NCBI GenBank assembly: GCA_017517325.1
Contig: JAFWZW010000013.1
Coordinates: 23,497 to 87,496 of the forward strand
Reading direction: 5' to 3'
DNA: 64,000 nucleotides
Origin: Clostridia bacterium
GTDB lineage: Bacteria; Bacillota; Clostridia; Oscillospirales; SIG627
Part shown: piece by piece, positions 46,716 to 55,950 of the stretch
Position numbering within the stretch: the stretch's first letter is position 1
Layout: the number at the start of each line of letters is the position of its first letter
Notes under the pieces: model-generated
Seen by the model: only the letters and a program-made list of their open reading frames with translations
What the model was told of the DNA's origin: nothing
Databases searched by the model: none
Position numbers and translations under genes: made by a program

Positions 46716-48047
46716 ATGAAAAAGAAACAAAACGTTTTATTTCGCACGCTGGCACTTCTGTTGGTCTTTTGTCTTTTGACTTCTGTTTTTTGTGCCTGCG
46801 GTGAAGCACCTAATTCCGGTGATATGGAGGAATCCGGCTTTGAAACGATGCCTGCCGAAACGGAAACCCCGTCGGTAGAGCCGCCCCGCCCCATTGCAAC
46901 GGCTTCTCTTGGTGTAGTGGGGGATATCCTCATTCACGATACGGTTTATAATTCTGCTAAGGCCGCAGGGGGCGGTGTTTACGATTTCACCGAGCAGTAC
47001 GAGCTGGTTGCCCCTTATTTGAAAAAATACGACCTCTCCGTAGCCAATCTTGAAGTAACCTTGGGCGGTGAAAAGCCGGTAGTGGGCAAATATCCTTCCG
47101 CCTATCCCTGCTTTAATTGCCCCGATAGCATCATAGACGCACTGAAGGGCGCCGGAGTGGATATGCTTCTCACGGCCAACAACCATTCCTACGATACCCG
47201 CGGTGCCGGTATGATCCGCACGGTGCAGGTGGTGCGTGAAAAGGGGCTGGAGTATCTTGGCACTCGCGATAAGACGGATGAAAGCTTCTACAAAGTAAAA
47301 GACGTAAACGGTATCAAGCTGGGTATGGCCTGCTTTACCTATTCTACGGTGAACTCTTCAGGCATTAAAGCCCTTAACGGCATTACCATGACGAGGGATG
47401 ACGGTCCCTTGGTTTCCAGCTTTGCCTATACCGATCTGGAAGGCTTCTATCGTGAGGCAGAGGCCGCCATTAAGGAAATGGAAAGCAACGGAGCAGAGTT
47501 TTTGGTGTTTTACCTCCATTGGGGGAACGAATATCAATACGTTCCCAATTCCTATCAGACCGGAATGGCGAAAAAGCTTTGCGAAATGGGCGTTGACGTG
47601 ATCGTTGGCGGCCACCCTCACGTGATCCAGCCCTTTGAAACCATTACCGCTGAAAACGGCAACGAGACTCTTTGCATCTATTCCACGGGCAACGCCATCT
47701 CTAACCAAAGGAAGTTCTTAATGGATAGCGATAACTATTCCGGCCATACGGAAGACGGTATGATCTTCGGCGTCACCTTTGAGCGCTGGAGCGACGGCTC
47801 CGTTCGCATCGGTGGGGTAGACATTCAGCCCCTTTGGGTCATTCGCGAGAGTCGCGGCGGAAGACTGGTATTCCAGATCATTCCTTTGGATCTTACCGTT
47901 GCGGATTGGAAGAGCTTCCACTTGACCGATGCCACGTTAAAAGAAGCCAAGGCTTCTTACAATCGAACCATGAAATTGGTGGGGAAGGGCTTGAATGCCG
48001 CCCGCGAAAAGCTGGGGCAGACTCCGGTGGTTACTGCCATTTCCTGA
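46716..48047 (+). CDS. CapA-family (PGA_cap metallophosphatase-like) lipoprotein
   Basis: Lipobox SVFCACG. LGVVGDILIHD..ANLE..LLTANNHSYD..HWGNEY..VIVGGHPHVIQP. Confidence 0.8.
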   Translation: MKKKQNVLFRTLALLLVFCLLTSVFCACGEAPNSGDMEESGFETMPAETETPSVEPPRPIATASLGVVGDILIHDTVYNSAKAAGGGVYDFTEQYELVAPYLKKYDLSVANLEVTLGGEKPVVGKYPSAYPCFNCPDSIIDALKGAGVDMLLTANNHSYDTRGAGMIRTVQVVREKGLEYLGTRDKTDESFYKVKDVNGIKLGMACFTYSTVNSSGIKALNGITMTRDDGPLVSSFAYTDLEGFYREAEAAIKEMESNGAEFLVFYLHWGNEYQYVPNSYQTGMAKKLCEMGVDVIVGGHPHVIQPFETITAENGNETLCIYSTGNAISNQRKFLMDSDNYSGHTEDGMIFGVTFERWSDGSVRIGGVDIQPLWVIRESRGGRLVFQIIPLDLTVADWKSFHLTDATLKEAKASYNRTMKLVGKGLNAAREKLGQTPVVTAIS

Positions 48048-48113
48048 TATTCTTCGGATTCCCGGCTCTGCCGGGAATCTTTTGATTTTTACTGCTTGGG
48101 AAAGGAGAAGTAT

Positions 48114-49625
48114 ATGGATGCCACCCCGCGCTTTCGCCGCTTATTCTTCGGGCAGTCCTTGTGCAACGTTGGGATCCCGTTTCTTTTGGGAGTTTTCATA
48201 TTCGTCCAGCTTCCTTCCTCCTTTTCTCTTGTCTGTATTGGCTTTTCAGGGGCGTTTCTTTTGTTGCTGCTTGCAGCGCCTTGGGGACGTAAAAACCGAA
48301 AATTTCTTTTACTTGCGGCATTGGGGCTGGCGCTTGCTTTGCTTGCAGGCGGCAGAGAGCAGCTTCATCAGATCAAAATGGAATCTCTCCACGGAAGAGA
48401 GCTTTTGTGCCGCGGTGTGGTAACGGTGACTTCCGATTCGGAATACGACCTTTCCGCAACGGCTCCCTTTCGGGGGAAGGTGCGCGTAACCGTTGAAGAT
48501 GCACCTGCGGTGGGTGCCGTGGTGGAGGTGAAGCTATCTCTTTCATCCCGCGTTTTATCCTCTGCAAAGCAAGAAGGGGTAGATCTGACCGCTTTTGAAA
48601 TCGGTGCGCGTTCCTCGGTGGGTAAGAACGGCTGGTATACCCTTGTGGGCGATCTTCGGCAAAGAGCGACGGCCGCCTTCGGTGAGAGCAGGGAAGCGGG
48701 GTTTCTGCGTGCCATTCTTTTGGGAGATCGGAGTGCTCTTTTTCACCAAGACCGTGTTTTCTTTCAAAAGACCTCTTCCTCCCATCTTCTCGCTATTTCG
48801 GGACTTCATGTTTCCCAGCTGCTGGGGATCGTTTTTGCGGTGCTGTGTCTGTTTCCCGTGAATCGAAAGCTCCGCTCCCTTTTGATGCTGCCACTGGTGT
48901 TCTTTCTTTTGTTTTTTACGGGAGCTTCCGTTTCGGTGTTCCGCTCCGCCCTGATGGCAGCCTTTCCCTTGGTCGGCTTTTTGTTTCGGCGCAGAAGTCA
49001 TCCTGTAACCGCGTTGATATTTGCCGCGGTGCTTTTGGTATCACGTGAGCCTTATTGCGTCCTTTCACCGTCTTTTCTCCTATCCTTTTTCAGTACCTTT
49101 GGTATTTTGATGGCGGCCGGTCCGCTTTGCACGTGGTTCTCTTTTCGGATCTGGGAACAGGTGCCCGGTAGATTTAAATGGCTGAAGAAGTGGTGCTACC
49201 TTGTTATCAGTTCCTTTATTACGGCCTCCGCTTCCTTTGTTTTCACCTTTCCTATCACACTGCTTTTCTTTGGGGAGGTGCAGCCCTTTGCGCCTGTTTA
49301 TGCGCTTGTTATGATCCCTCTGTTTTCGCCTTGTCTTTTCTTGGCTCTCATTGCCGCGGTGCTGATCCCGGTACCTGCCGTTGGCTTGTGGGCGATGCGC
49401 CTTGCACGGGCGGGTGCTTATCTCTTCCTTCGATTTCACGAATTTGCCGCTAAGGGGGCACCTCCTCTTCTTGAGTTTGGGGACTTTGCCCCCTTTGTCG
49501 CCCTTGTCTCCATCGGTCTGATTCTGTTTTTGCTCGTTTCTCGCAGACCTATCTACCATCTTTTCTTTTTGCACGGGGGATTCTTGATGTCGGGAATGAT
49601 CTTGTGGTGCACGGTTCTCAATTGA
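48114..49625 (+). CDS. comEC: ComEC/Rec2-family competence channel protein (no C-terminal MBL domain)
   Basis: AILLGDRSAL....F..TSSSHLLAISGLHVS competence-domain motif. Polytopic. ATG 48114 follows AAAGGAGAAG. Confidence 0.75.
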   Translation: MDATPRFRRLFFGQSLCNVGIPFLLGVFIFVQLPSSFSLVCIGFSGAFLLLLLAAPWGRKNRKFLLLAALGLALALLAGGREQLHQIKMESLHGRELLCRGVVTVTSDSEYDLSATAPFRGKVRVTVEDAPAVGAVVEVKLSLSSRVLSSAKQEGVDLTAFEIGARSSVGKNGWYTLVGDLRQRATAAFGESREAGFLRAILLGDRSALFHQDRVFFQKTSSSHLLAISGLHVSQLLGIVFAVLCLFPVNRKLRSLLMLPLVFFLLFFTGASVSVFRSALMAAFPLVGFLFRRRSHPVTALIFAAVLLVSREPYCVLSPSFLLSFFSTFGILMAAGPLCTWFSFRIWEQVPGRFKWLKKWCYLVISSFITASASFVFTFPITLLFFGEVQPFAPVYALVMIPLFSPCLFLALIAAVLIPVPAVGLWAMRLARAGAYLFLRFHEFAAKGAPPLLEFGDFAPFVALVSIGLILFLLVSRRPIYHLFFLHGGFLMSGMILWCTVLN

Positions 49626-49722
49626 ACTTCGAAAAATGCACAATTTTTAAAAGCGACCTTTGGGTAAAGTGCCGAAAAATTCAAAAAGTGCAAAAAGTAT
49701 AGGAAAGTGATGGAATTTTCTC

Positions 49723-49751
49723 TTGCAAATTTGCAAAAAAACAATTATAAT
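49723..49751 (+). promoter_or_regulatory. sigma-A-type promoter with a 14-bp perfect palindrome over the -35
   Basis: TTGCAA (49723-49728), 17-nt spacer, TATAAT (49746-49751). TTGCAAATTTGCAA (49723-49736) is its own reverse complement. Confidence 0.55.
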
Positions 49752-49810
49752 GATGATAAGTTACTATGGGTACAAGTATATCCATTGACAAACTATAGGA
49801 GGTTCTGCCA

Positions 49811-52800
49811 ATGTTTAAGAACTCGAAACTTTTGAAAGGAATCACTTTGGTGTTTGCTCTGGTCCTTTTGATCGGATGCGGCGTTGTACTCAGCAACGTT
49901 GCTGCTGCAAGCCCCAGAACGGTCGTTATGTACGTGGGCGACCCGGGTGATAATACCAGCGGTTTGGATGAGTCTACCGCGCTGCATTCTCTTGATGCTG
50001 CCATTCAGAAAGCCAATGAGATGAAATTGCCCAGCGGCTCTGAATTGAAGCTCATTGTGGTGGATCGTCTTACCATCACCACCAAGGGGTGTGATTCGAC
50101 TCTTGCTTTCGATGCCAGCGGTTTCCGTTTGCCCATTACCATTACCTCTTTGGAAACCACCAACGAGGATCAGTTCTCCGATCTGTATCTTGCCTATTTT
50201 GATGGTTCTGCAACCAGCGGAAATCAGTCTGCCGTCTTCTATAACGATATCACCTTTAAGGACGTAGGCATTACCGTAAAGGTGCAGCAGGATCGTGTGG
50301 GCTTCGTTGCCACCGCCAAGCGCTGGATGCAGAAGAACCTGCACTTTATCGGCAACATTACCACTTTTGATCATTGTGTGATCAAACCCGAAAGAACCGG
50401 TGATGACGTTGATTCTGTTATTTGCTATGCAGACTACAGCACCAACAACGCCTATATTGAATACGATAAGGTCGTAAACATCAAGAACGGCGACTATACC
50501 ACCGCTGCCTGGTTCTTGCATAATTATAGAGTTCCCTATGAAACTCTGACCGTTAATATGGAAAACGCTACCTTCGGTTCTCTTCACGTAGCACCTATGA
50601 CCTCAACCGCTACCACGCAGGACCTGAAGAAGTTTACCGTAAATCTGGGTGCAGGTACAACGGTAACGAATCTTTATATGTCCCGCCAGGGTCACATCGA
50701 TATTCCCGAAGGTATTACCATCAACTATTACGATGGTTGTAATGTTGTCACTCAAGTCGCTTGCACCTCCGCTTCCGATGATTCCGGCGCTGCAATGGCT
50801 TCCGACGTTACTCACAACGTATACGGCGGCAACATCACCCTTCTCATTGCCGGTTCCAGAGGTCCTTCTAAGGGCAACGTCACCTTGAATATGTACGGCG
50901 GCACCATCGGTACTTATTACGGCGGCGGTAACTACGCTACGTCTAAGGTTACGGGCGTTGTTACCAACAACATCTACGGCGGTACCATCGGTACCTTCTA
51001 CGGCGGCGGCCACGGCGGTTGTGCTGTGACCAAGGTTATCAACAACGTTACCGGCGGTGAAATTACCGCCAAATACTGCGGCGGCGGCAGAGACGTTAAC
51101 GTTTCCGAAAGCGTAGTAAACAACGTTTCCGATATCGCGATCAAAGGCAGTTACTTCGGCGGCGGTGAAGATGTTACCATTGGTAGTGTTGTCAACAACC
51201 TGAAGAACGTATCCATTACCAAAGAGTTTTACGGCGGAAGCTCCACCGGTACCATCACCGGCATTGAAAACAATCTTGAAAACGTGAAGCTTGCTGCTGA
51301 GTTCTACGGCGGAAGCACCTCCAATGCTACCATTGGCACCATTGTCAATAACATCTCCGGCGATCACGAGAACGGCGGCCGTTATTACGGCGCAAACTGC
51401 ACTGCGACGGCAGACGTGACCGGCTCCGTTACTAACAACATCTTCAGCGGTCACTTTAAAGGTGCCGGAAACTATCTTGGCAACCGTAAGGGTAATATGA
51501 CCGGTTCCATTATCAACAATATTTCCGGCGGTGTCTTTGATAATACCGTCTTTGGCGGTATTCGCGGCGAAGGGGTTGAAAGCCTTGCGCAAGGCGATAT
51601 TATCACTACCATTACCGGCGGTGAGTTCAAGGCTGATTTTTGTAACGGCAACGCCGAAGCGACCGATACCAGCCAGCGCAGAGGCAATATGACCGCCACC
51701 ATTACCGGCGGTGTGATCCACGGCTCCTTCTACGGCGGTCATAATGATGCATCCAGACTCTATGGCAATATTACCAATACAATGACCGGCGGCATCATCT
51801 ACGGCGATTTTGTAGGTGGTAACAAGGCAGACGGCACTATTAGAGGTTCCGTCAACACAACCCTCAATGGTGGTACCATCTACGGCACCGTAAACGGTGT
51901 GAACGGCGTGGAAGGTGTAGGCGGAGATTCTTATCTCCATATTCAGCCCAAGTCCGACGCACAAAGCCTGATCCTTTACGGCGTTATTCCCACCAATTCG
52001 AAACTTAAGACCTATTTTTACGGTGGCGAAGCTCCCTTGCTGATCGGCTCTGCATTCAATGCAAACAGCGTGAATTTCAGCACCGATGAATCCCTTACGG
52101 TTTCTCAGATCGAAAACTGGGTTCCCGATCATACCTACGTTCAGTTGAAATTTGCCGGTAACGGCAACCGTCTTGTTCCTCTTAACGGAAATTCCAATGT
52201 GACCGGCTCCGGTGCGTTTGACGGTCTTATTCTGAAGGGCAGTGCAATGCCTGCCGGCTCTACCGAAGTAGCGCCCGGTCTTACTACAATGGTTTCCTTC
52301 CACGTTTCCGATAGCCTCGGTGTTCGCTTCTGGGTTGAAAAGACCGCTGTGGAGGCTTATCTGCAGGCAAAGGGCAACTGGAGCTATTCTGTAACTCTTC
52401 TGGGAAATGAAGTTGCAAATGCAAGCATTACCTCTATTGATCAGATTCCCGCTGCGGATATTCGTAAAGATAAGAACGACGTTGAGTACGTGACCTTCAC
52501 CGCAGGCATCAGCGTTCCCGCATCTCAGTTCAATGAAGAGATCACCGTTGTTTTGGGCGGTGTGAACTCTACAAGCCATACCGTCTTCAAGCTTTTGGAA
52601 AACGGCGTTGACCAGTATGAGGCCGCAAATATGCCCGCGTATGCTCAGCTACTGAAAACGGTTCACAACTACGGTACTCAGGCATTCCGCGTCTTTGGTG
52701 ACGGCGAAGGTATGAATCAGTATACCGCGCCCTACACAGGTACCTATACCACCGTTCCTACCTTCACTAAGATTCGTGGCTACAGATTCAAAGATATCAG

Positions 52801-53149
52801 CCTTTCTCTTGATGAAAAGATCGCCATGAACTTCTACGCCGATTTCAATACCGACGTAACCTTCAAGGCAGTGGTTGAGGGCACCAATGAAGAATTGGAT
52901 CCTTCCAAGATCGTTGTGAAAAAGGTCGAGGGTGCTGACGGTTACAATACCATCGTAACCCTGAAATTGGATGCAGACGAAATCAACAATGTCTACGTGC
53001 TCTCCGCAATGATCGGTGATGAGGTAGTTGCAACCTGCACCAACAGCATTGCTTATTCCTGCGCTCTCTATCAGCAGGAAGGCATTCATGTAGAGCTTAT
53101 TGATTCCATTCTTGCTTATCTGGAAGCAGTTAAGGCGGTTGTAGCCTAA
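49811..53149 (+). CDS. 1112-aa secreted or lipid-anchored repeat protein with a beta-helix-like ~21-aa coil region
   Basis: AGGAGG RBS. Signal peptide with a possible lipobox LLIGC. Central run of NN[IV].GG.[IF]....[YF]GG units (e.g. VTNNIYGGTIGTFYGGGHGG). No anchor motif (LPXTG/SLH) seen by eye. Confidence 0.8.
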   Translation: MFKNSKLLKGITLVFALVLLIGCGVVLSNVAAASPRTVVMYVGDPGDNTSGLDESTALHSLDAAIQKANEMKLPSGSELKLIVVDRLTITTKGCDSTLAFDASGFRLPITITSLETTNEDQFSDLYLAYFDGSATSGNQSAVFYNDITFKDVGITVKVQQDRVGFVATAKRWMQKNLHFIGNITTFDHCVIKPERTGDDVDSVICYADYSTNNAYIEYDKVVNIKNGDYTTAAWFLHNYRVPYETLTVNMENATFGSLHVAPMTSTATTQDLKKFTVNLGAGTTVTNLYMSRQGHIDIPEGITINYYDGCNVVTQVACTSASDDSGAAMASDVTHNVYGGNITLLIAGSRGPSKGNVTLNMYGGTIGTYYGGGNYATSKVTGVVTNNIYGGTIGTFYGGGHGGCAVTKVINNVTGGEITAKYCGGGRDVNVSESVVNNVSDIAIKGSYFGGGEDVTIGSVVNNLKNVSITKEFYGGSSTGTITGIENNLENVKLAAEFYGGSTSNATIGTIVNNISGDHENGGRYYGANCTATADVTGSVTNNIFSGHFKGAGNYLGNRKGNMTGSIINNISGGVFDNTVFGGIRGEGVESLAQGDIITTITGGEFKADFCNGNAEATDTSQRRGNMTATITGGVIHGSFYGGHNDASRLYGNITNTMTGGIIYGDFVGGNKADGTIRGSVNTTLNGGTIYGTVNGVNGVEGVGGDSYLHIQPKSDAQSLILYGVIPTNSKLKTYFYGGEAPLLIGSAFNANSVNFSTDESLTVSQIENWVPDHTYVQLKFAGNGNRLVPLNGNSNVTGSGAFDGLILKGSAMPAGSTEVAPGLTTMVSFHVSDSLGVRFWVEKTAVEAYLQAKGNWSYSVTLLGNEVANASITSIDQIPAADIRKDKNDVEYVTFTAGISVPASQFNEEITVVLGGVNSTSHTVFKLLENGVDQYEAANMPAYAQLLKTVHNYGTQAFRVFGDGEGMNQYTAPYTGTYTTVPTFTKIRGYRFKDISLSLDEKIAMNFYADFNTDVTFKAVVEGTNEELDPSKIVVKKVEGADGYNTIVTLKLDADEINNVYVLSAMIGDEVVATCTNSIAYSCALYQQEGIHVELIDSILAYLEAVKAVVA
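50811..51915 (+). repeat. protein-level coil repeats (~18 units of ~20-24 aa) in the 1112-aa protein
   Basis: HNVYGGNITLL.. through ..LNGGTIYGTVNG. Each unit has [TN]N[NT][IVLM]xGGx[IF] followed by [YF]GG. Confidence 0.7.
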
Positions 53150-53169
53150 GTTTTCATTCAAAAATATTA

Positions 53170-53195
53170 CTGCCTCACTTCGGTGAGGCAGTTTT
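53170..53195 (+). terminator. rho-independent terminator
   Basis: CTGCCTCAC-TTCG-GTGAGGCAG followed by TTTT. Confidence 0.8.
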
Positions 53196-53218
53196 AATTA
53201 TCAAGGTAAGGAGCACTT

Positions 53219-53395
53219 ATGGTCTTTGAAGTGATTCAGGGGAAAACTGAGCTTGGGGGCGATTACCGTGAAATCTATTATTTCACCGATGAAATGGTCC
53301 CTTACCATAAAGAAATGGCGACCCGCGCCATCATTCGTGAATGCAAAGAGGGCGGCGCTTTGATCAACGAACAGATTTTTGTTTTAAAGAAATAG
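53219..53395 (+). CDS. hypothetical 58-aa protein (below the ORF-track cutoff)
   Basis: Manual translation: MVFEVIQGKTELGGDYREIYYFTDEMVPYHKEMATRAIIRECKEGGALINEQIFVLKK. AAGGAG RBS 6 nt upstream. Stop lies 8 nt before the CotH start. Confidence 0.45.
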   Translation: MVFEVIQGKTELGGDYREIYYFTDEMVPYHKEMATRAIIRECKEGGALINEQIFVLKK

Positions 53396-53403
53396 GAAAG
53401 AAT

Positions 53404-55950
53404 ATGGAAAGAAAAATTCCCGTAAGGCTATGGATCAGTTTGATCGCAACTGCCATTCTTTTGGCTGTATCCTTGGCTCTCTTCGTTTTCTATTTGAACG
53501 AAGGGAGCTATGGTGGCGTATTCGTAAAGCCCGATGTATCCCTTACGGTAGAAGCGGAAGGAAAGCCTCTTTTCCGTTCCGAGAGTACCAACCTTCTTTC
53601 TGAAGGAGAGCATACCCTTTTGATCCGAAATAAAGAAAGACGTAACGTTAAGGTTTCGTTCTTTGCAGGCTCTCAAAAGGTCGGTGAAGTAAACGTAGAA
53701 AAAGGGAAGTCGGCTCAGCTTGATTTTTCATTAGAGAAAGAAATGGCAATTTCTGCCGTTATAAGCGATGATGGAAATGACCTTGGGTATATTACTTCAA
53801 GCGATGCCCTGCTTCCGATTGCAGATGCAATGCCCAATGGGGGCGACCTTGTTTTTTTCGGAGGCGTAACACTGCCTGACGTTACGCTTTCCGCCAACTT
53901 TCGCCTTTATGGCACTTTTGATTTTTCATCTCTTTCCCTTTTAACCGAGAATGAAGGAAAGATCGTTTTGGCTCCCGATACCCCCTTTCAGGGCGATCTT
54001 TACGTTTCGGCACCTGAAAGTCAGGTGTATTTTCATAACTTTTCTCTATCAGCATCTGCAAAGAGCACCAACTTCTATATCAAGGCTAAGTCTTTGAACG
54101 GGGATATTCTGGATCCGGATGCGTACCCCGTTGCCTGTTGGGAAGAACTTTCCCGCCTTGGCAATGAAAACGCATTGCCGCAATTGCGTGAGGGGGCCGC
54201 TATTACCTTTACTGCACCGTTTAAGCTGATGTCAGACGTGAATCTTTGCGGCCATAGTTCATTGTTTTTTTGGGAAAGAATTGATTTTTCCGATTATCGA
54301 ATCACCCTTTCTGCGTCCTCTGCGGGCACCTATCGCGTGGTGACCGGTACGGGCACCGCCCCAACTGCAACACAGTTGCTGTTTGATGCACCCGAATCCA
54401 CCCTCACTTGGGAAGCCAATGGCAGTGAGCTTACCACCATCCCCGCTATGTCCACGGTAGAGCGATACTCAAATCTACTAAGCTATAACGGCGTAGATAC
54501 CACCCTTGGAGGTCGGGGTAGTGCTACCCCTACCCTGACCCTGTCTGCCGCAGATAACGCGTTTTTAGAGGCTGACGTGGCTTTTCTTGCGGAAGGCAAC
54601 CGTCTTGTGGGGATTCTGCCATATAACGTTACTTTTGACGATCTGAAGAATGCCGTATATAAGCTCTCTGCCACCGCGGGGAGTGCTCGCCTTGACGGCG
54701 ACCTCGCCACGGGCCACATTGTAACCGTTGATGAAAAGGGAGCCGAGCGCAGATTTTCCGTAGAGCTTCGGCGAGAAGCAAAGAACATTCCCGTTTTGTA
54801 TATTGAAACGGAGGGAAGAGAAGCGATCACCTCCAAATCGCAGTATAGCTCCGCAACCCTTTCTTTAGACGGCGCCGATACCGATATCAAATCCGTAATG
54901 GAAACCCATATTCGTGTACGCGGCAGAGGGAATTCAACTTGGAAATGGGATAAAAAGCCTTATAAGATCCACTTTGACGAGCCCGTTTCCATTCTGGGGC
55001 TGCCTGCTGCAGAGGAATGGGCGCTCTTCTCCAATTACGCGGATAAATCCCTGATGAGAAACCGCCTTGCCCAGAAAATGGCATCTACCCTTTCCTTTGC
55101 GTATTGCCCAACTCAGGAATACGTGGATCTTTTTTTGAACGGTGAATACTTGGGCGTTTATACCATTGGCGAGCATTTGGAAGAGGGGAGTGGCAGGGTC
55201 GAGGTGACCCACGATATGTCCAGGCGCGATTGTGGCTACTTTATGGAAGCAGGTGGCGTAGTCAGCGGGGTCGACGTAAAGGGAATGAACTATTTTCACG
55301 CAGGTCTTGTAAAGTTCGTTTTGGTAAAGGGGCCCGAATATAATACCCTAACGTCTGAACAGTTTGAGTTTATCAAGCAGTATATGCTCTCTGCGGACCG
55401 CGCCGTAAAAAGCGGCGATGGCTACGAAGAATATCTGGATATGGAAACGCTGGTGGATTGGCTCATTATGATTGAGCTGACCAATAATACCGATTGCGCT
55501 TGGCGCAGAAGCACGTATTTTACGAAAGATCCCGGTGAAAAAATAAAGCTCGGGCCCGTTTGGGATTTTGACCTCGCCTTCGGTAACTTCTCCAAAGACG
55601 TGGAGGGCTTTAATACTTGGGTCAGCACTTCCGAGGATGATTACGTTGGTGAAACCTGGTCTACCCATCTCTTGGAAGATCCTGAATTTCAAGAGACCTT
55701 CCGATCCCGCTGGAAAGAAGTGAAGGATGATCTTTTGGAATGTGCCCTGAATACCATTGATGAAGATTATGAAACTCTCTATCCCTCTGCTAAAGAAAAC
55801 TTTGAACGCTGGGATATTTTAGGCCGTAAGGTTGCCTTTGAACGGCACGATACCAAGTATTATAAGACCTATGCCTCCCAGATTCAGTATTTGAAAGACT
55901 TTTTAGTAAAGAGAGCCGCTTGGATCGACGGTCAGGTGGAAGCGTGGTGA
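53404..55950 (+). CDS. membrane-anchored CotH-family kinase-like protein with a ~470-aa unknown N-terminal ectodomain
   Basis: Signal-anchor helix LWISLIATAILLAVSLALFVF. C-terminal KKPYKIHFDE..WALFSNYADKSLMRNRLA..YVDLFLNGEYLGVYTIGEHLE..GPVWDFDLAFGN is the CotH pattern. Confidence 0.8.
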   Translation: MERKIPVRLWISLIATAILLAVSLALFVFYLNEGSYGGVFVKPDVSLTVEAEGKPLFRSESTNLLSEGEHTLLIRNKERRNVKVSFFAGSQKVGEVNVEKGKSAQLDFSLEKEMAISAVISDDGNDLGYITSSDALLPIADAMPNGGDLVFFGGVTLPDVTLSANFRLYGTFDFSSLSLLTENEGKIVLAPDTPFQGDLYVSAPESQVYFHNFSLSASAKSTNFYIKAKSLNGDILDPDAYPVACWEELSRLGNENALPQLREGAAITFTAPFKLMSDVNLCGHSSLFFWERIDFSDYRITLSASSAGTYRVVTGTGTAPTATQLLFDAPESTLTWEANGSELTTIPAMSTVERYSNLLSYNGVDTTLGGRGSATPTLTLSAADNAFLEADVAFLAEGNRLVGILPYNVTFDDLKNAVYKLSATAGSARLDGDLATGHIVTVDEKGAERRFSVELRREAKNIPVLYIETEGREAITSKSQYSSATLSLDGADTDIKSVMETHIRVRGRGNSTWKWDKKPYKIHFDEPVSILGLPAAEEWALFSNYADKSLMRNRLAQKMASTLSFAYCPTQEYVDLFLNGEYLGVYTIGEHLEEGSGRVEVTHDMSRRDCGYFMEAGGVVSGVDVKGMNYFHAGLVKFVLVKGPEYNTLTSEQFEFIKQYMLSADRAVKSGDGYEEYLDMETLVDWLIMIELTNNTDCAWRRSTYFTKDPGEKIKLGPVWDFDLAFGNFSKDVEGFNTWVSTSEDDYVGETWSTHLLEDPEFQETFRSRWKEVKDDLLECALNTIDEDYETLYPSAKENFERWDILGRKVAFERHDTKYYKTYASQIQYLKDFLVKRAAWIDGQVEAW

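Noticed and set aside
50603-52579. 658-aa minus-strand ORF (and similar ORFs at 23913-25013, 25227-26279, 45807-46691, 49793-50587)
   Set aside because: These are shadow ORFs opposite strongly supported genes (the repeat protein, EF-G, M23). None has an RBS or recognisable motifs.
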